A stretch of DNA of 64,000 bases from positions 32,001 through 96,000 of the IMG/VR virus record IMGVR_UViG_3300029448_008324; one strand, 5' to 3'. This document shows positions 29,133-39,326 of the stretch, one piece after another. Both the position numbers and the translations under genes were made by a program. Each line of letters opens with the position of its first letter. Within the stretch, counting starts at the first letter, position 1. The notes beneath the pieces were generated by a model. The model saw nothing but the letters and a program-made list of their open reading frames with translations. It ran no database searches and was not told the DNA's origin. Source of the stretch: a virus.

Positions 29133-29663
29133 GTGAAAATCCATACTGTTACTGATATATCGCAACTGGCAGATCACAACATTCATGTGTTTGATCCGTT
29201 GTTGTTCAAAGATTCAAGAGGACAAATAACTGTGAGAGCTGAAGACACCATTTCTAAAGATTTTCCTTACAGCAATTACTTTTCTTACAAATTATCCACT
29301 TCAGAAGCTGGTGTAGCAAGGGGCTTACATTGGCAACGCACAACCACTCCAATCATCAAATACATAGATCTACGCAAAGGCAGTCTTTACACAGTGCTTG
29401 TTGATACACGTACTGAAGAAGGAATAATTTTCAAATGGACCTCAGATATTGGCAAAATAATTAAAGTGTCTGAACATCATGCACATGGATTTTACTGCAC
29501 ACAAGATACAGAATTCAGTTATATCTGCAAGGGCAAATACGATCCTCAAGAAGAAACAACATTCAATGTATTTCCATCTATTTGCAGACAAATAAAATTG
29601 CCCGAACCATTGCTTTCACACAAAGATGCTGGTTATCCAGAAATTGAAGTTCAACTAAGATAG
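29133..29663 (+). CDS. rmlC: dTDP-4-dehydrorhamnose 3,5-epimerase family (RmlC-like)
   Basis: FKDSRG, GVARGLHWQ, K, VDTR, AHGF, Y, LSHKD; GTG start 5 nt after TAAATA. Confidence 0.8.
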   Translation: MKIHTVTDISQLADHNIHVFDPLLFKDSRGQITVRAEDTISKDFPYSNYFSYKLSTSEAGVARGLHWQRTTTPIIKYIDLRKGSLYTVLVDTRTEEGIIFKWTSDIGKIIKVSEHHAHGFYCTQDTEFSYICKGKYDPQEETTFNVFPSICRQIKLPEPLLSHKDAGYPEIEVQLR

Positions 29664-30656
29664 ATACTTGCCGCAATAATGCACGCACTTAGGCATTGGT
29701 TTGTGTTTGAGACTTTGAGGCAGTGTATCAACATAGAACTGGCTATTAAATATTTCCTCCACATTGTGATAGTTCAAATTGATTGATCTTGCACCTCCTT
29801 TTTTCAACAAATGAAAAAGATTTTTAGTGTTAAAAGTGTTGTTCCACCAATCTTGACTAAGCATACAGCAAGGAATAATGTTGCCATCATAGTCCATGTA
29901 TACTTCATTGTTTTCATGTTTTGGACACGTGATAGGAAGTTTTAATTTTTTTCCTTTGTCAGATATGTCCTGTGATAAATTTGTGTGATCGCTTTCAAGT
30001 TTTTCACCTGCTTGTTCCAACACCACAGTGGATGGTTTCAAATCAAACTTGTAGACACCTTTGTTATAAACCGGCCAAGAACTGCCATGATACCAACTGC
30101 GATCACTTTGCACAGGCCAAAACTTTTCAAACCCCATCTGTTGCGACAGTGTTCTAACTTGATCAAGTTGATGCTGATTATGTTCAAACACAATAAATTT
30201 CCATGTGGCCCGTCCACCTGCAGAAATGAATGCTTGGGCATTTGCCATTATCTTATCGAAATTCGTGTTTTGTCTATACATGTGATTTGTGTCTTTTAAT
30301 CCGTCTACACTGAAAACCATAGAGAAATTTTTAAGGCCTGCAAGTGATTCAAAAAATTTAGGATTCCTTACACTTGCATTGGTAAAAAAAGTTACATTTT
30401 CTACCCATTCAAATGATCGTGCAATTTCCAATGCATCTGGATGATTGAGCACGTCACCTGTGTCACCTTCAAATATCACTTCTTTGAGATTGGGCATTGT
30501 GTCTTGGTTAATTTTTTTCATCACATCCAATGACAAATGTTTGGGTCTGACAATCACATTATTTTTTTCATCAAAACGATTGCATTGAGGACAACGAGCA
30601 TTGCAAAAACTGGTCACTTCGATTGTAATAATTTCGATTGTTTTAGCATCATACAT
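29655..30656 (-). CDS. Radical SAM / SPASM-like protein (paralog of 24542)
   Basis: CNARCPQC, GDTGD, SVDGL.DTNH.YR, IVFEHNQHQ, DGNIIPCC. Confidence 0.88.
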   Translation of the reverse strand: MYDAKTIEIITIEVTSFCNARCPQCNRFDEKNNVIVRPKHLSLDVMKKINQDTMPNLKEVIFEGDTGDVLNHPDALEIARSFEWVENVTFFTNASVRNPKFFESLAGLKNFSMVFSVDGLKDTNHMYRQNTNFDKIMANAQAFISAGGRATWKFIVFEHNQHQLDQVRTLSQQMGFEKFWPVQSDRSWYHGSSWPVYNKGVYKFDLKPSTVVLEQAGEKLESDHTNLSQDISDKGKKLKLPITCPKHENNEVYMDYDGNIIPCCMLSQDWWNNTFNTKNLFHLLKKGGARSINLNYHNVEEIFNSQFYVDTLPQSLKHKPMPKCVHYCGKYLS

Positions 30657-30672
30657 GTATTATAATTATAAA

Positions 30673-30747
30673 GCGGCGGTGCTGGAATGGTTAGACAGGC
30701 ACAACTTAATTGTGATTTTGTGAGTTCGAGTCTCACCCACCGTACCA
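30673..30747 (+). tRNA. Degenerate tRNA-Leu-like gene (5-nt anticodon loop, no variable arm)
   Basis: Leu-type D-arm CTGGAATGGTTAGACAG, CACAA-CTTAA-TTGTG, intact T-arm, A73, CCA. Confidence 0.7.
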
Positions 30748-30760
30748 TTAATCCTAGTTG

Positions 30761-30781
30761 GGGGGTGTACTAGGCGCCCCC
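30761..30781 (+). terminator. G5/C5 hairpin
   Basis: GGGGGTGT-ACTAG-GCGCCCCC. Confidence 0.45.
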
Positions 30782-30795
30782 TGATAATTAGAAAG

Positions 30796-31359
30796 ATGAC
30801 AGAACAAAAATATATTCTCACAGACATCGACGGAGTTTGCTTAGATTGGCAAAAACAATTTGAAAAATTTTTAGAATTTTACTACCCTGACAAAGATCCA
30901 ACATCAGATCCAACAGCAAGACATGTCACATTAGAAAAAGAAATGGAAGAGTTTATAGTATCTGCTTGGCAAGGTTGGTGTGAACCATTGAGAGATGCTG
31001 TTGACATACTGACAAAATTTAAAAAACAAGGCTATCAGGTGCATGGATGCACAGCAATGGGATTCGATCCATATGCAATTTCACTGAGAAAAATAAATCT
31101 TGAAAGACATTTCCCCAACGTGTTTGACAAATTAGACACCACGTTGGGAGGCCCAGGCCCACAGAAAGAAGCCTGGCTAGAACAGTATCGAGGCAAAGAC
31201 TGTGTATGGGTTGAAGACAAATGGGAAAATGCACTGAGTGGTGCCAACATGGGCATTAAAACTTTTTTGATGAAACAACACTACAACGCACACAACAATG
31301 ATGACAGAATAACCAAGGTTGACAATTGGCAACAGATATATTATTATATTAACAAATGA
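30796..31359 (+). CDS. HAD-family phosphatase (5'(3')-deoxyribonucleotidase-like)
   Basis: LTDIDGV, T, K, WVED motifs. Confidence 0.8.
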   Translation: MTEQKYILTDIDGVCLDWQKQFEKFLEFYYPDKDPTSDPTARHVTLEKEMEEFIVSAWQGWCEPLRDAVDILTKFKKQGYQVHGCTAMGFDPYAISLRKINLERHFPNVFDKLDTTLGGPGPQKEAWLEQYRGKDCVWVEDKWENALSGANMGIKTFLMKQHYNAHNNDDRITKVDNWQQIYYYINK

Positions 31360-32087
31360 CGCAAATGAAAGTATTCGTTGGCTGGGATTCAAGAGAGGAC
31401 ATTGCCTTTCAAGTGGCCAAACATTCAATACAAAAACACAATCCCGATGTTGAAGTATATCCACTAAAATTACCAACACTGCAAGAACTTGGAATATACA
31501 CAAGAGGTGTTGATGCCAAAGCATCTACTGAATTTACATTCTCTAGATTTTTTGTGCCCATGCTGACTGGATACAAAGGTTGGGCATTGTTCATTGACTG
31601 TGACTTTCTTTGCAGAGCAGACATAAAAGAATTATTCAATCAAGCCAATGACAACTATGCAGTAATGGTTGCAAAGCATGATTATACTCCTAAAGAAGGA
31701 ACCAAAATGGATGGCAAACAACAATTACAATATCCAAGAAAAAATTGGTCATCTTGCATGTTGTGGAACTGTGAACATCCTGCAAACAAACTGCTTGATG
31801 CAAATTCCATGAACACTAATGATGGACTATGGCATCATAGATTTGTTTGGTTGGCTGATCATGAGATAGGCGAAATATCACATGAATGGAACTGGCTTAC
31901 TGATTGGTACACTGCCCCTGAAGACGGTGAACCAAAAATGCTTCACTACACAGAAGGTGGTCCATGGTTTGAACATCTACAGGATGTGCCATATGCACAG
32001 CAATGGCGTGATGCTGAAAAAGAATACAAAGCATCTCTAGAAGACACTGTGGATGACAAGATTGCCAAAAACGACGGCGGCTGGTAA
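31356..32087 (+). CDS. Glycosyltransferase (GT-A, GT8-like phage family)
   Basis: FVGWDSRE, STEFTFSRF, FIDCDF, YPRKNWSS, LHYTEGGPW. Confidence 0.85.
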   Translation: MTQMKVFVGWDSREDIAFQVAKHSIQKHNPDVEVYPLKLPTLQELGIYTRGVDAKASTEFTFSRFFVPMLTGYKGWALFIDCDFLCRADIKELFNQANDNYAVMVAKHDYTPKEGTKMDGKQQLQYPRKNWSSCMLWNCEHPANKLLDANSMNTNDGLWHHRFVWLADHEIGEISHEWNWLTDWYTAPEDGEPKMLHYTEGGPWFEHLQDVPYAQQWRDAEKEYKASLEDTVDDKIAKNDGGW

Positions 32088-32102
32088 AACTTAAATAAAA
32101 TT

Positions 32103-32714
32103 ATGTTCACAGGATTGTCCAAAGGATCAGACCAACAAGTGCCATGGCCTTGGACACAAACAGACAACGTAATCGATGATTATGCTACTCTGTTGCCATA
32201 CTTCACACAGTTATCACAAATTGATGAAACTTCTGACCTTAAAGACAATAAAATTTTTACCAGTGCAAATAAAAGATTAAAAATAAAATTTTTACAAGAT
32301 TGGTTAGAACAAGCAGACGAATGGTTAAACAAAAATCTTGAAGAACTTTTAAGTTATTGGCCTCATCATAGAAAATTCCAAAACTACAAAGGCCAAGTGC
32401 AAATCACAAGACAAGCACCTGCTCCCTATAGATTTCCTGTGCATGACGAAAGTTATAACAAATGTTGGAGTGGTGTGATTTATTGTGCCCCTCAAGAAGG
32501 CACAGGCACAGGCATGTACACTAATATCAATGGTAACTCTGTGCAAGATGGACATACAATATCCATTGCAAACAGATGGGGATGTGCAACCTGGAAACCA
32601 AACAGAGCTTTTATATTTGCTGGCATAACTTCTAAAACATGGCATGACTATGAAGCTGTGATTAATGCACACAGAATAACCGTGAATCTTTTCATTCAAA
32701 AAAGAAAACAATAA
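32103..32714 (+). CDS. 2OG-Fe(II) oxygenase-like protein
   Basis: PVHDE, WKPNRA.IF, TWH, R. Confidence 0.7.
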   Translation: MFTGLSKGSDQQVPWPWTQTDNVIDDYATLLPYFTQLSQIDETSDLKDNKIFTSANKRLKIKFLQDWLEQADEWLNKNLEELLSYWPHHRKFQNYKGQVQITRQAPAPYRFPVHDESYNKCWSGVIYCAPQEGTGTGMYTNINGNSVQDGHTISIANRWGCATWKPNRAFIFAGITSKTWHDYEAVINAHRITVNLFIQKRKQ

Positions 32715-32722
32715 ATTAACTT

Positions 32723-34441
32723 ATGTGTGGTATCTATGGTATAACCAAAAAAGACATAAGATTGATTGACTCGTATATTGCCACATGCTGGTACAGAGGT
32801 CCAGATGGTCATGACATATGGAGTGATGATGATGTCACACTAGGACACAATTTACTTTCCATCACATCACAACCATTACAAGGCAAACAACCATGGATCA
32901 CAGACAAAGGCAATGTGTTGGTGTACAACGGAGAAATATTCAACTATCAAGAATTAGTTGACCAATTTCACTTTACACCCAAGACCACTTGCGACACAGA
33001 ACTACTTGCATTTTTACTGGACAAGTTTGGTGTTGATGCAGTCAATCACATTGATTCCATGCATGCCTTTGCTTATTATGACACAAGCAACAAAACAATT
33101 ATTCTCAGTAGAGATCATGTGGGCATCAAACCTTTGTTCTATGCAGAGATATCTGATGGCATAATATTTGGATCTGAAATCAAAGGCCTGTTGGATCATG
33201 TGCCCAACAGCAGATGTATAGATGAGTTGGCAGCTGCATGTATGTCTTACTCTGGCAACAACGTCACAAGAAACACTATGTTTAGCAACATCAAAAAAGT
33301 GATGCCAGGCGAAACTGTGGTGTACAGCGTAGCACACAAAAAATTTATATCGCACAACAGAACTGTGATCACTCCAACATCAAATTCATCATTAGACTAT
33401 GCACAGTTTAGACACGAAGCACATGAAACTGTAAAAATGTCCACACTTGGCATCAGAAAGTTTGGTATGTTTTTGTCAGGAGGATTAGACAGCACACTAG
33501 TTGCATATGAATTAAAAAAGATACTAGGCGAATTGGATTCTTTTACCAATCAAATGAATCCTAATGTGAGAATAGGCGAAGACTTCAATGATGATGCAAA
33601 CTGTGCCAAAAGATTTGCTGAAGACTTTGACTTCAATCATCATCCTGTAGAAATGACCCCTAAACTTGTAGAACAATTTTGGGAAGACTCAATGTTCTTG
33701 ATGGAACAGCCTGTGTATAACATGAATCTGCCAATGTATTATTACACCAATAAATTTTTAAGCAACAAGGGAGTTGTTGTAACCATGGCAGGCGACATGG
33801 GGGATGAACTGTTAGGGGGATATCCTAAGTATTGGAAACTTAGAAAAGATCTTCCTAAATCATTCAACGACATGATATGGAAATGGATGCACCGTATCAA
33901 AAGGCCAATTAAACTTGTTAGTAAAATTGATCCTCAAGACATACACAGTGAATTGTGTAAAATAATACCACAAGAGTTATGGAACGACAAAGATCCAATC
34001 AATTCTTACATGGCAGTTGATTGTGTTACACAGGTGCCAGAAGAATTTTTTTCACGCAACGATCAGTTTGGTATGCGTTTTTCTATGGAGGGTAGGTTTC
34101 CATTGGCAACAAAAAGATTCATGAAATACTGCATGGACATACACAGTGATCACAAAATAGGACGTGAAAAATCAGAAACAAAACTGCCAACTAAATTAGC
34201 ATACAAAGGTTACATGCCAGACTACATCATTAACAAAATGAAAACTGGTTGGAGTGTGCCACTGATATATTGGATCAGCGACCACAAACATCTCAATGAT
34301 CTAGCCATGCAATACATGACCGGCAACGATTGTTTGAAAGATGTTGTGGGCATGGACAATTGGGACCAAAAGAAAACTAAAGTGGTAAGTTGGATGATGC
34401 GGACATGGGCAAAATCTTACTGCATGCAATTGAAGGCATAA
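32723..34441 (+). CDS. asnB: Glutamine-dependent amidotransferase, asparagine synthetase B family
   Basis: MCGI, RGPD, YNGEIFN, RDHVGIKPL, LSGGLDS, GDMGDELLGGY. Confidence 0.9.
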   Translation: MCGIYGITKKDIRLIDSYIATCWYRGPDGHDIWSDDDVTLGHNLLSITSQPLQGKQPWITDKGNVLVYNGEIFNYQELVDQFHFTPKTTCDTELLAFLLDKFGVDAVNHIDSMHAFAYYDTSNKTIILSRDHVGIKPLFYAEISDGIIFGSEIKGLLDHVPNSRCIDELAAACMSYSGNNVTRNTMFSNIKKVMPGETVVYSVAHKKFISHNRTVITPTSNSSLDYAQFRHEAHETVKMSTLGIRKFGMFLSGGLDSTLVAYELKKILGELDSFTNQMNPNVRIGEDFNDDANCAKRFAEDFDFNHHPVEMTPKLVEQFWEDSMFLMEQPVYNMNLPMYYYTNKFLSNKGVVVTMAGDMGDELLGGYPKYWKLRKDLPKSFNDMIWKWMHRIKRPIKLVSKIDPQDIHSELCKIIPQELWNDKDPINSYMAVDCVTQVPEEFFSRNDQFGMRFSMEGRFPLATKRFMKYCMDIHSDHKIGREKSETKLPTKLAYKGYMPDYIINKMKTGWSVPLIYWISDHKHLNDLAMQYMTGNDCLKDVVGMDNWDQKKTKVVSWMMRTWAKSYCMQLKA

Positions 34442-35217
34442 CCAGAAGCCATTTCATCAAGAGTAAACTGCTGATGTGCTAGATGCCATAACCAAGGTTC
34501 TCTGTCTGGCCGATTTGGATTTTCAATATTTTCAAACTTTGTTGCCATCGGATAAGCTGAACATTCGGGTCCACATATTACAGGAATACCCATGCACACA
34601 GCTTTTATAGCAACCATTGAATTGAATGTAACCACGCACCATGCATCTTTGAGATCTTGTTCTAAAGGGGGTTGATCTCCTGTTTTGTCAAATCCTTTCA
34701 ACTGTGTAATTCCGTTTGATGTTTGCACTTGAGGATTCAAAGGCTTGTCTCTCACCCTTATTTCACGGTTTGTTTGCTGTTTTAAGGTCTCTACAGTAGT
34801 GTCTAACCATTGCTGTGCATCAAAGAACCATTCAATTGCTCCAGTTGGAGGACATACAACAACTTGTGTTCCAGTTGTTTGCCATGGCACTACATCTTGT
34901 TGAAAGTGTTGTTCGTATCTGTCAGGTGTTTGCTCTGTAAGTTCAGCATTAGTGTGTGCATTTTTGGTTACTCTATACCAATTTGTTTTGTTGTCATGTC
35001 CTGCTTTGAAATAAGCATGATCACAAAAATAAAAGTCATGCTCACCACGTTTCATCATGTCGCCTGCGCCTCTGAGTATGCCCCAATAAAAGTATTCATC
35101 ATCGGGCATAGGTTGTCCATTTGGAATAGGATCGATAATCACACCGTTGGTACCTTTGGCCCACTGTTGCACAATGCCCTCTGTGGCTTTACGCATGGTT
35201 CTAACGCAACGCATCAT
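34417..35217 (-). CDS. Capsule_synth (KpsC/KpsS)-like glycosyltransferase
   Basis: VRDKP...AWCVVTFNS.VAIKAV..GIPV; LA..QFT..EM..G. Confidence 0.6.
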   Translation of the reverse strand: MMRCVRTMRKATEGIVQQWAKGTNGVIIDPIPNGQPMPDDEYFYWGILRGAGDMMKRGEHDFYFCDHAYFKAGHDNKTNWYRVTKNAHTNAELTEQTPDRYEQHFQQDVVPWQTTGTQVVVCPPTGAIEWFFDAQQWLDTTVETLKQQTNREIRVRDKPLNPQVQTSNGITQLKGFDKTGDQPPLEQDLKDAWCVVTFNSMVAIKAVCMGIPVICGPECSAYPMATKFENIENPNRPDREPWLWHLAHQQFTLDEMASGYAFNCMQ

Positions 35218-35992
35218 ACATCCTTCCAAACATGTCTTTGAACAAACCAGATTCTATTTCTTCCTGTGTGTATTGATGCCAACTGAGTGTTGCCAACCAA
35301 TCTTCACGATTGTTGGTATAAATTGGCGTGCCAAAATTTTCAATAGTTTGCGACACAGGACGTGCAGGACATCTTGCATGACAATACACCGGCACTCCTT
35401 GAATAATAGCATCAATTGAAACCATCGAACATGATGTTACCACGCAGTGTGCATGTTTCAAGTCTTCTGACAGAGGTACATCGGCATATGCAGGACCACT
35501 CTTGCCATTTTTCCTTGGCTTGTGTCTGACCTTGATAGGCATGTTGGTCTGTGTGCGTAGCCATTCAACAGTTTGTTGTTCCCAATTACGTTGTCCAATG
35601 TATGAATTAACTGTGATAGAAGATGGTGCAACCAAAATGTAATCGCCTTTGTGTTCACGCCATGGTTTGATGTCGATGTGTTGTATTCTATTGCGTGGAA
35701 GGTCTTGCATAATTTGTGTGACATGAATATCTCCAAAACAAATTCTCCAAAAATATTCTCCTTGTGGATTCACCGCTTCTTTCAAAGGATTCCATCTACC
35801 CCAGTAAGGCATGTCACAAAACAACCAAGGTTGTTGATTGTTTTTTAGTGCAACTGCTCTATTGTAGTTGCCAACAGCTAGTCCCCACATGGTTGGAATC
35901 CCTTGTGGATTGTGATATTTTTGCATGGGGCCAAGTGTATACCATGCTTTAGAATCTTTGCCGTGGCCATTGTTGATTACATTTAGTTTCAT
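35201..35992 (-). CDS. Capsule_synth (KpsC/KpsS)-like glycosyltransferase
   Basis: VRHKP...AHCVVTSCS.VSIDAI..GVPV. Confidence 0.6.
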   Translation of the reverse strand: MKLNVINNGHGKDSKAWYTLGPMQKYHNPQGIPTMWGLAVGNYNRAVALKNNQQPWLFCDMPYWGRWNPLKEAVNPQGEYFWRICFGDIHVTQIMQDLPRNRIQHIDIKPWREHKGDYILVAPSSITVNSYIGQRNWEQQTVEWLRTQTNMPIKVRHKPRKNGKSGPAYADVPLSEDLKHAHCVVTSCSMVSIDAIIQGVPVYCHARCPARPVSQTIENFGTPIYTNNREDWLATLSWHQYTQEEIESGLFKDMFGRMYDALR

Positions 35993-36801
35993 TTAATTTT
36001 ATCCCAATAATTGTTTTTGTGTGGACGATAAATGTCTGTGCGTTTGGAACGACCTACTACCTTGCGTGCTCCTTTGAGATGATCCATGTATGCACCCAAA
36101 GGCGAATTAATAAACACATGCCCTCCTGGAATGTGTGGATGTCCTTCTGAAATGTTGAAAGACTGCATGCCACGTTCTGTATACTTTTTTTGCAATACCC
36201 AAAACAAATAAGAATCATGATATTCAATTTCGTTGAACAATGAATCTGTGCGATACATGTCTTGCCAGTCTTGCATGAATGATTGATTGTGTAAGGATCT
36301 AGTGTCGTAGATTACAAAGCCGCACTCAGGATAAATTTTTTGTCTACCAAGATATGCACAATAATGATTTTCTGGAAGGAGGCTCTCAATGAAACCATCT
36401 GGAACATCAGAATGGGTAACAACATCTGCGTCCAGCCAGACAACTAAGTCTGAGTCTGCATTGAGAGCCGCATGTGATACACAATATGATTTATGTGCAA
36501 ACTTGACAGCGTCCCACAAATATGAATATTTTGCGTTTGTTTCTGTGCCTGGCTTAATGCCATTTGCATGGGGATTGGATTTGTGTCTTTGCTTAAATTC
36601 TTTCAACTTAGGACAAGCGTAGTTGATGTCAATCCATTCAACCCTGTCTGAAAATGCTTTGTTGGTAGGCATCCATTCATAGTAGACTTGCAATTTAATT
36701 GATTGAGGCCAGTGTTTGTCAAAGGTCTCAATCATGCGTTTGCCATACTGTCCGTATCCAGACTGAGACATTGTGGTTATAACCGTTTTGGATGTTGGCA
36801 T
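35989..36801 (-). CDS. GT-A glycosyltransferase (DAVKFAHK family)
   Basis: WLDAD DxD, YLGR, ECGF, HDS, DHLKG. Confidence 0.75.
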   Translation of the reverse strand: MPTSKTVITTMSQSGYGQYGKRMIETFDKHWPQSIKLQVYYEWMPTNKAFSDRVEWIDINYACPKLKEFKQRHKSNPHANGIKPGTETNAKYSYLWDAVKFAHKSYCVSHAALNADSDLVVWLDADVVTHSDVPDGFIESLLPENHYCAYLGRQKIYPECGFVIYDTRSLHNQSFMQDWQDMYRTDSLFNEIEYHDSYLFWVLQKKYTERGMQSFNISEGHPHIPGGHVFINSPLGAYMDHLKGARKVVGRSKRTDIYRPHKNNYWDKIK

Positions 36802-36844
36802 GGTGGCAAGTATTTAAATAGCACATATTGAAAGTTGATGTATC

Positions 36845-37708
36845 GTGAAAAATATTTTAGTCACCGGAAGCAATGGTTTTATAGGCTCGAATCTTGTGCC
36901 AGCACTGGAAAAACATTACAAAGTTTTTTGTCATGACAGAGCAGATGGCGACTTGTGTACACAACAAAATTTTCCACAAGTAGATGCAGTATTTCATTTG
37001 GCGGCAAATGTATCCACGCATGAATTTTATACTAAAAGTTTTGAAGTGATCAAAAACAATGTTACTGCCACAATCAATTTGTGTGAATTTTATCGAAAAC
37101 AAGAACAAAAACCTTTATTCATCTACGCAGGCACGTCAGAGGCACAAGCAGGGGCTACAGAACATTTTGATTACAAGATACCAACTGACGAATCCTGTCC
37201 GTTTGTAATTACAGATCCTAAAAATTTAAGATGGTCATATGCTTCTAGCAAAGCTATTGGTGAACAAATTGTTATTGCATCCGGTTTGCCTTACATAATT
37301 TTTAGGCCTTTCAATGTGTATGGACCAAAACAAACTGGACATTTTATTCCAGAATTCATAGAAAGAGCACTCAAGAATAAATTTGAATTGTATGGTCACA
37401 CAAACACAAGGAGTTGGTTACACATAGACGATTGTGTAGATGCACTCATGTCACTTCTTCAAAACTCTAATATGACCACTGGAGAAATTTTCAACATTGG
37501 ACATTCAGATGAAATCGCTGTCATTGACGTGGCAAAGTGTATTCTCAAGCACATGGAAAAAGATGTAGATATAGCACTACACGACGCACCCTTAGGCAGT
37601 GTGTCAAGAAGAGCACCAGACATCAACAAAATAAAAAACATTGTTGGATGGATTCCAAAAATTAATTTAGATGAAGGAATCAAGAACACTGTGGAGGCCA
37701 TGACATGA
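36845..37708 (+). CDS. NAD-dependent epimerase/dehydratase (UDP-GlcA decarboxylase-like)
   Basis: TGSNGFIG, HLAA, RWSYASSK, FNVYGP. Confidence 0.88.
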   Translation: MKNILVTGSNGFIGSNLVPALEKHYKVFCHDRADGDLCTQQNFPQVDAVFHLAANVSTHEFYTKSFEVIKNNVTATINLCEFYRKQEQKPLFIYAGTSEAQAGATEHFDYKIPTDESCPFVITDPKNLRWSYASSKAIGEQIVIASGLPYIIFRPFNVYGPKQTGHFIPEFIERALKNKFELYGHTNTRSWLHIDDCVDALMSLLQNSNMTTGEIFNIGHSDEIAVIDVAKCILKHMEKDVDIALHDAPLGSVSRRAPDINKIKNIVGWIPKINLDEGIKNTVEAMT

Positions 37709-38502
37709 AAGTTGGCGTAATTGGTATCGGTGTGGTAGGCAATGCAAACAAAGTAGGATTTGAACAACTAGGTCATGAAGTAATGGTGCATGATATTAAA
37801 CTTGGAACAAACATCAACAATGTCTTAGACACAGAAGCAGTGTTTGTTTGTGTGCCAACTCCAAGTGCAAAAGATGGCAGTTGTGATACAACCATTGTAA
37901 AAAGTGTGATTATGGATTTAAATCATCTTGGATATCAAGGAATAGTTGCAATAAGATCAAGCACAGTACCAGGATTTTGTCAGTCAATGATTGATGAATA
38001 CACAAAATTAAAAATTTGTTTTGTACCTGAGTTTATTAGAGAAAGACATTCAGTTGATGACTTTACAAAAGATCACTCTATTCTTGTCATAGGCACAGAA
38101 GACAACACAACCTTTAATGTAATTAAAAAATGTCACGGTCATTATCCCAAACATGTACAACAACTAAAACCAACTGAAGCAGAAATTTGCAAATACTACA
38201 TGAACATCTACGCCGCTTTGAGAATTACCTATGCAAACATAGTATATGAAGTTGCAAAAAAATTCGATTGTGATTACACTGCTATCAAAGATGCGTATGT
38301 CAAAACAGGAAGACATGCTGACATGTATCTTGATGTTGATCCTGCCTTGCGTGGATATGGAGGTGCGTGCTTGCCTAAGGATACTAAAGCATGGATACGC
38401 TTGTTAAAAGATCTAAATCTCGATTATGAATTATTTGAAACTGTTCAAGAAGATAATAAAAAATTTAAAACAACAATTTTTCCAGGAATGAGACCAGAAT
38501 GA
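37705..38502 (+). CDS. UDP-glucose/GDP-mannose dehydrogenase family, lacking the C-terminal domain
   Basis: GIGVVG, VCVPTP, STVPG, PEF.RE, EAE..K, GYGGACLPKD; only 265 aa. Confidence 0.85.
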   Translation: MKVGVIGIGVVGNANKVGFEQLGHEVMVHDIKLGTNINNVLDTEAVFVCVPTPSAKDGSCDTTIVKSVIMDLNHLGYQGIVAIRSSTVPGFCQSMIDEYTKLKICFVPEFIRERHSVDDFTKDHSILVIGTEDNTTFNVIKKCHGHYPKHVQQLKPTEAEICKYYMNIYAALRITYANIVYEVAKKFDCDYTAIKDAYVKTGRHADMYLDVDPALRGYGGACLPKDTKAWIRLLKDLNLDYELFETVQEDNKKFKTTIFPGMRPE

Positions 38503-39326
38503 GATCATTAGAAGTTGCAACCACATACAACAAAAAATATTATGACATCTGCGGGAAAAAGATGATAGAAACATTCATCGAGTTTTGGCCTAAGGATATT
38601 AATTTATACTGCTATTGGCAAGAACAGGTACCTGAGATATTTGCAGACAATGTGCATTATATAGAATTATACAAAGCACAGCCTCAGCTGAAACAATTTG
38701 TAGATGCAAATAAAAATGACCCAGTTAAATGTGGTATGAAAAATGGACAATACTCCTTTCAGCGTGACGGAGTAAAATTTAGTCACAAAGTTTTTGCACA
38801 GTCACATCGAATTGTTAATTCATCATCTGACATGTTGTTATATTTGGACGCAGACACATACACACATGCAACACCAAATTTAAATTATCTTAATGAGATA
38901 TTACCAGAAAATGCACTTGCAACTTTTTTTGGAAGACCTAAATTGTATGACGAAACTGGTTTTTACATGCACAATTTAAAACATGCCAAAGCAACAGACT
39001 GGGCAAATACCATGGAGAGAATTTATCTTAATGGTGAGTTATGGAACTATGAAATGCAAGTAGATTGTTATACCATGTATAAAGCAAGGCAGGAACACCA
39101 TAATTCTTTTTGTTTAGATCTAGTAGAACATCATCTTTCACAGCACGGTACAGCTCTAGGCAAAAGTCATCCATTTGTTAATTCACCACTTGGCTTATTT
39201 TTAGATCATTTGAAAGGTGATAGAAAAGAGATTGGACACTCTAAAATTTCAGATCTCAAAGAAACCAATCTACGCCAAAATATACAAGCCGATCATTGGA
39301 AACGTATAGATAACAAAAATGAATAG
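38499..39326 (+). CDS. GT-A glycosyltransferase (DGVKFSHK family)
   Basis: YLDAD, ETGF, DHLKG. Confidence 0.75.
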   Translation: MRSLEVATTYNKKYYDICGKKMIETFIEFWPKDINLYCYWQEQVPEIFADNVHYIELYKAQPQLKQFVDANKNDPVKCGMKNGQYSFQRDGVKFSHKVFAQSHRIVNSSSDMLLYLDADTYTHATPNLNYLNEILPENALATFFGRPKLYDETGFYMHNLKHAKATDWANTMERIYLNGELWNYEMQVDCYTMYKARQEHHNSFCLDLVEHHLSQHGTALGKSHPFVNSPLGLFLDHLKGDRKEIGHSKISDLKETNLRQNIQADHWKRIDNKNE

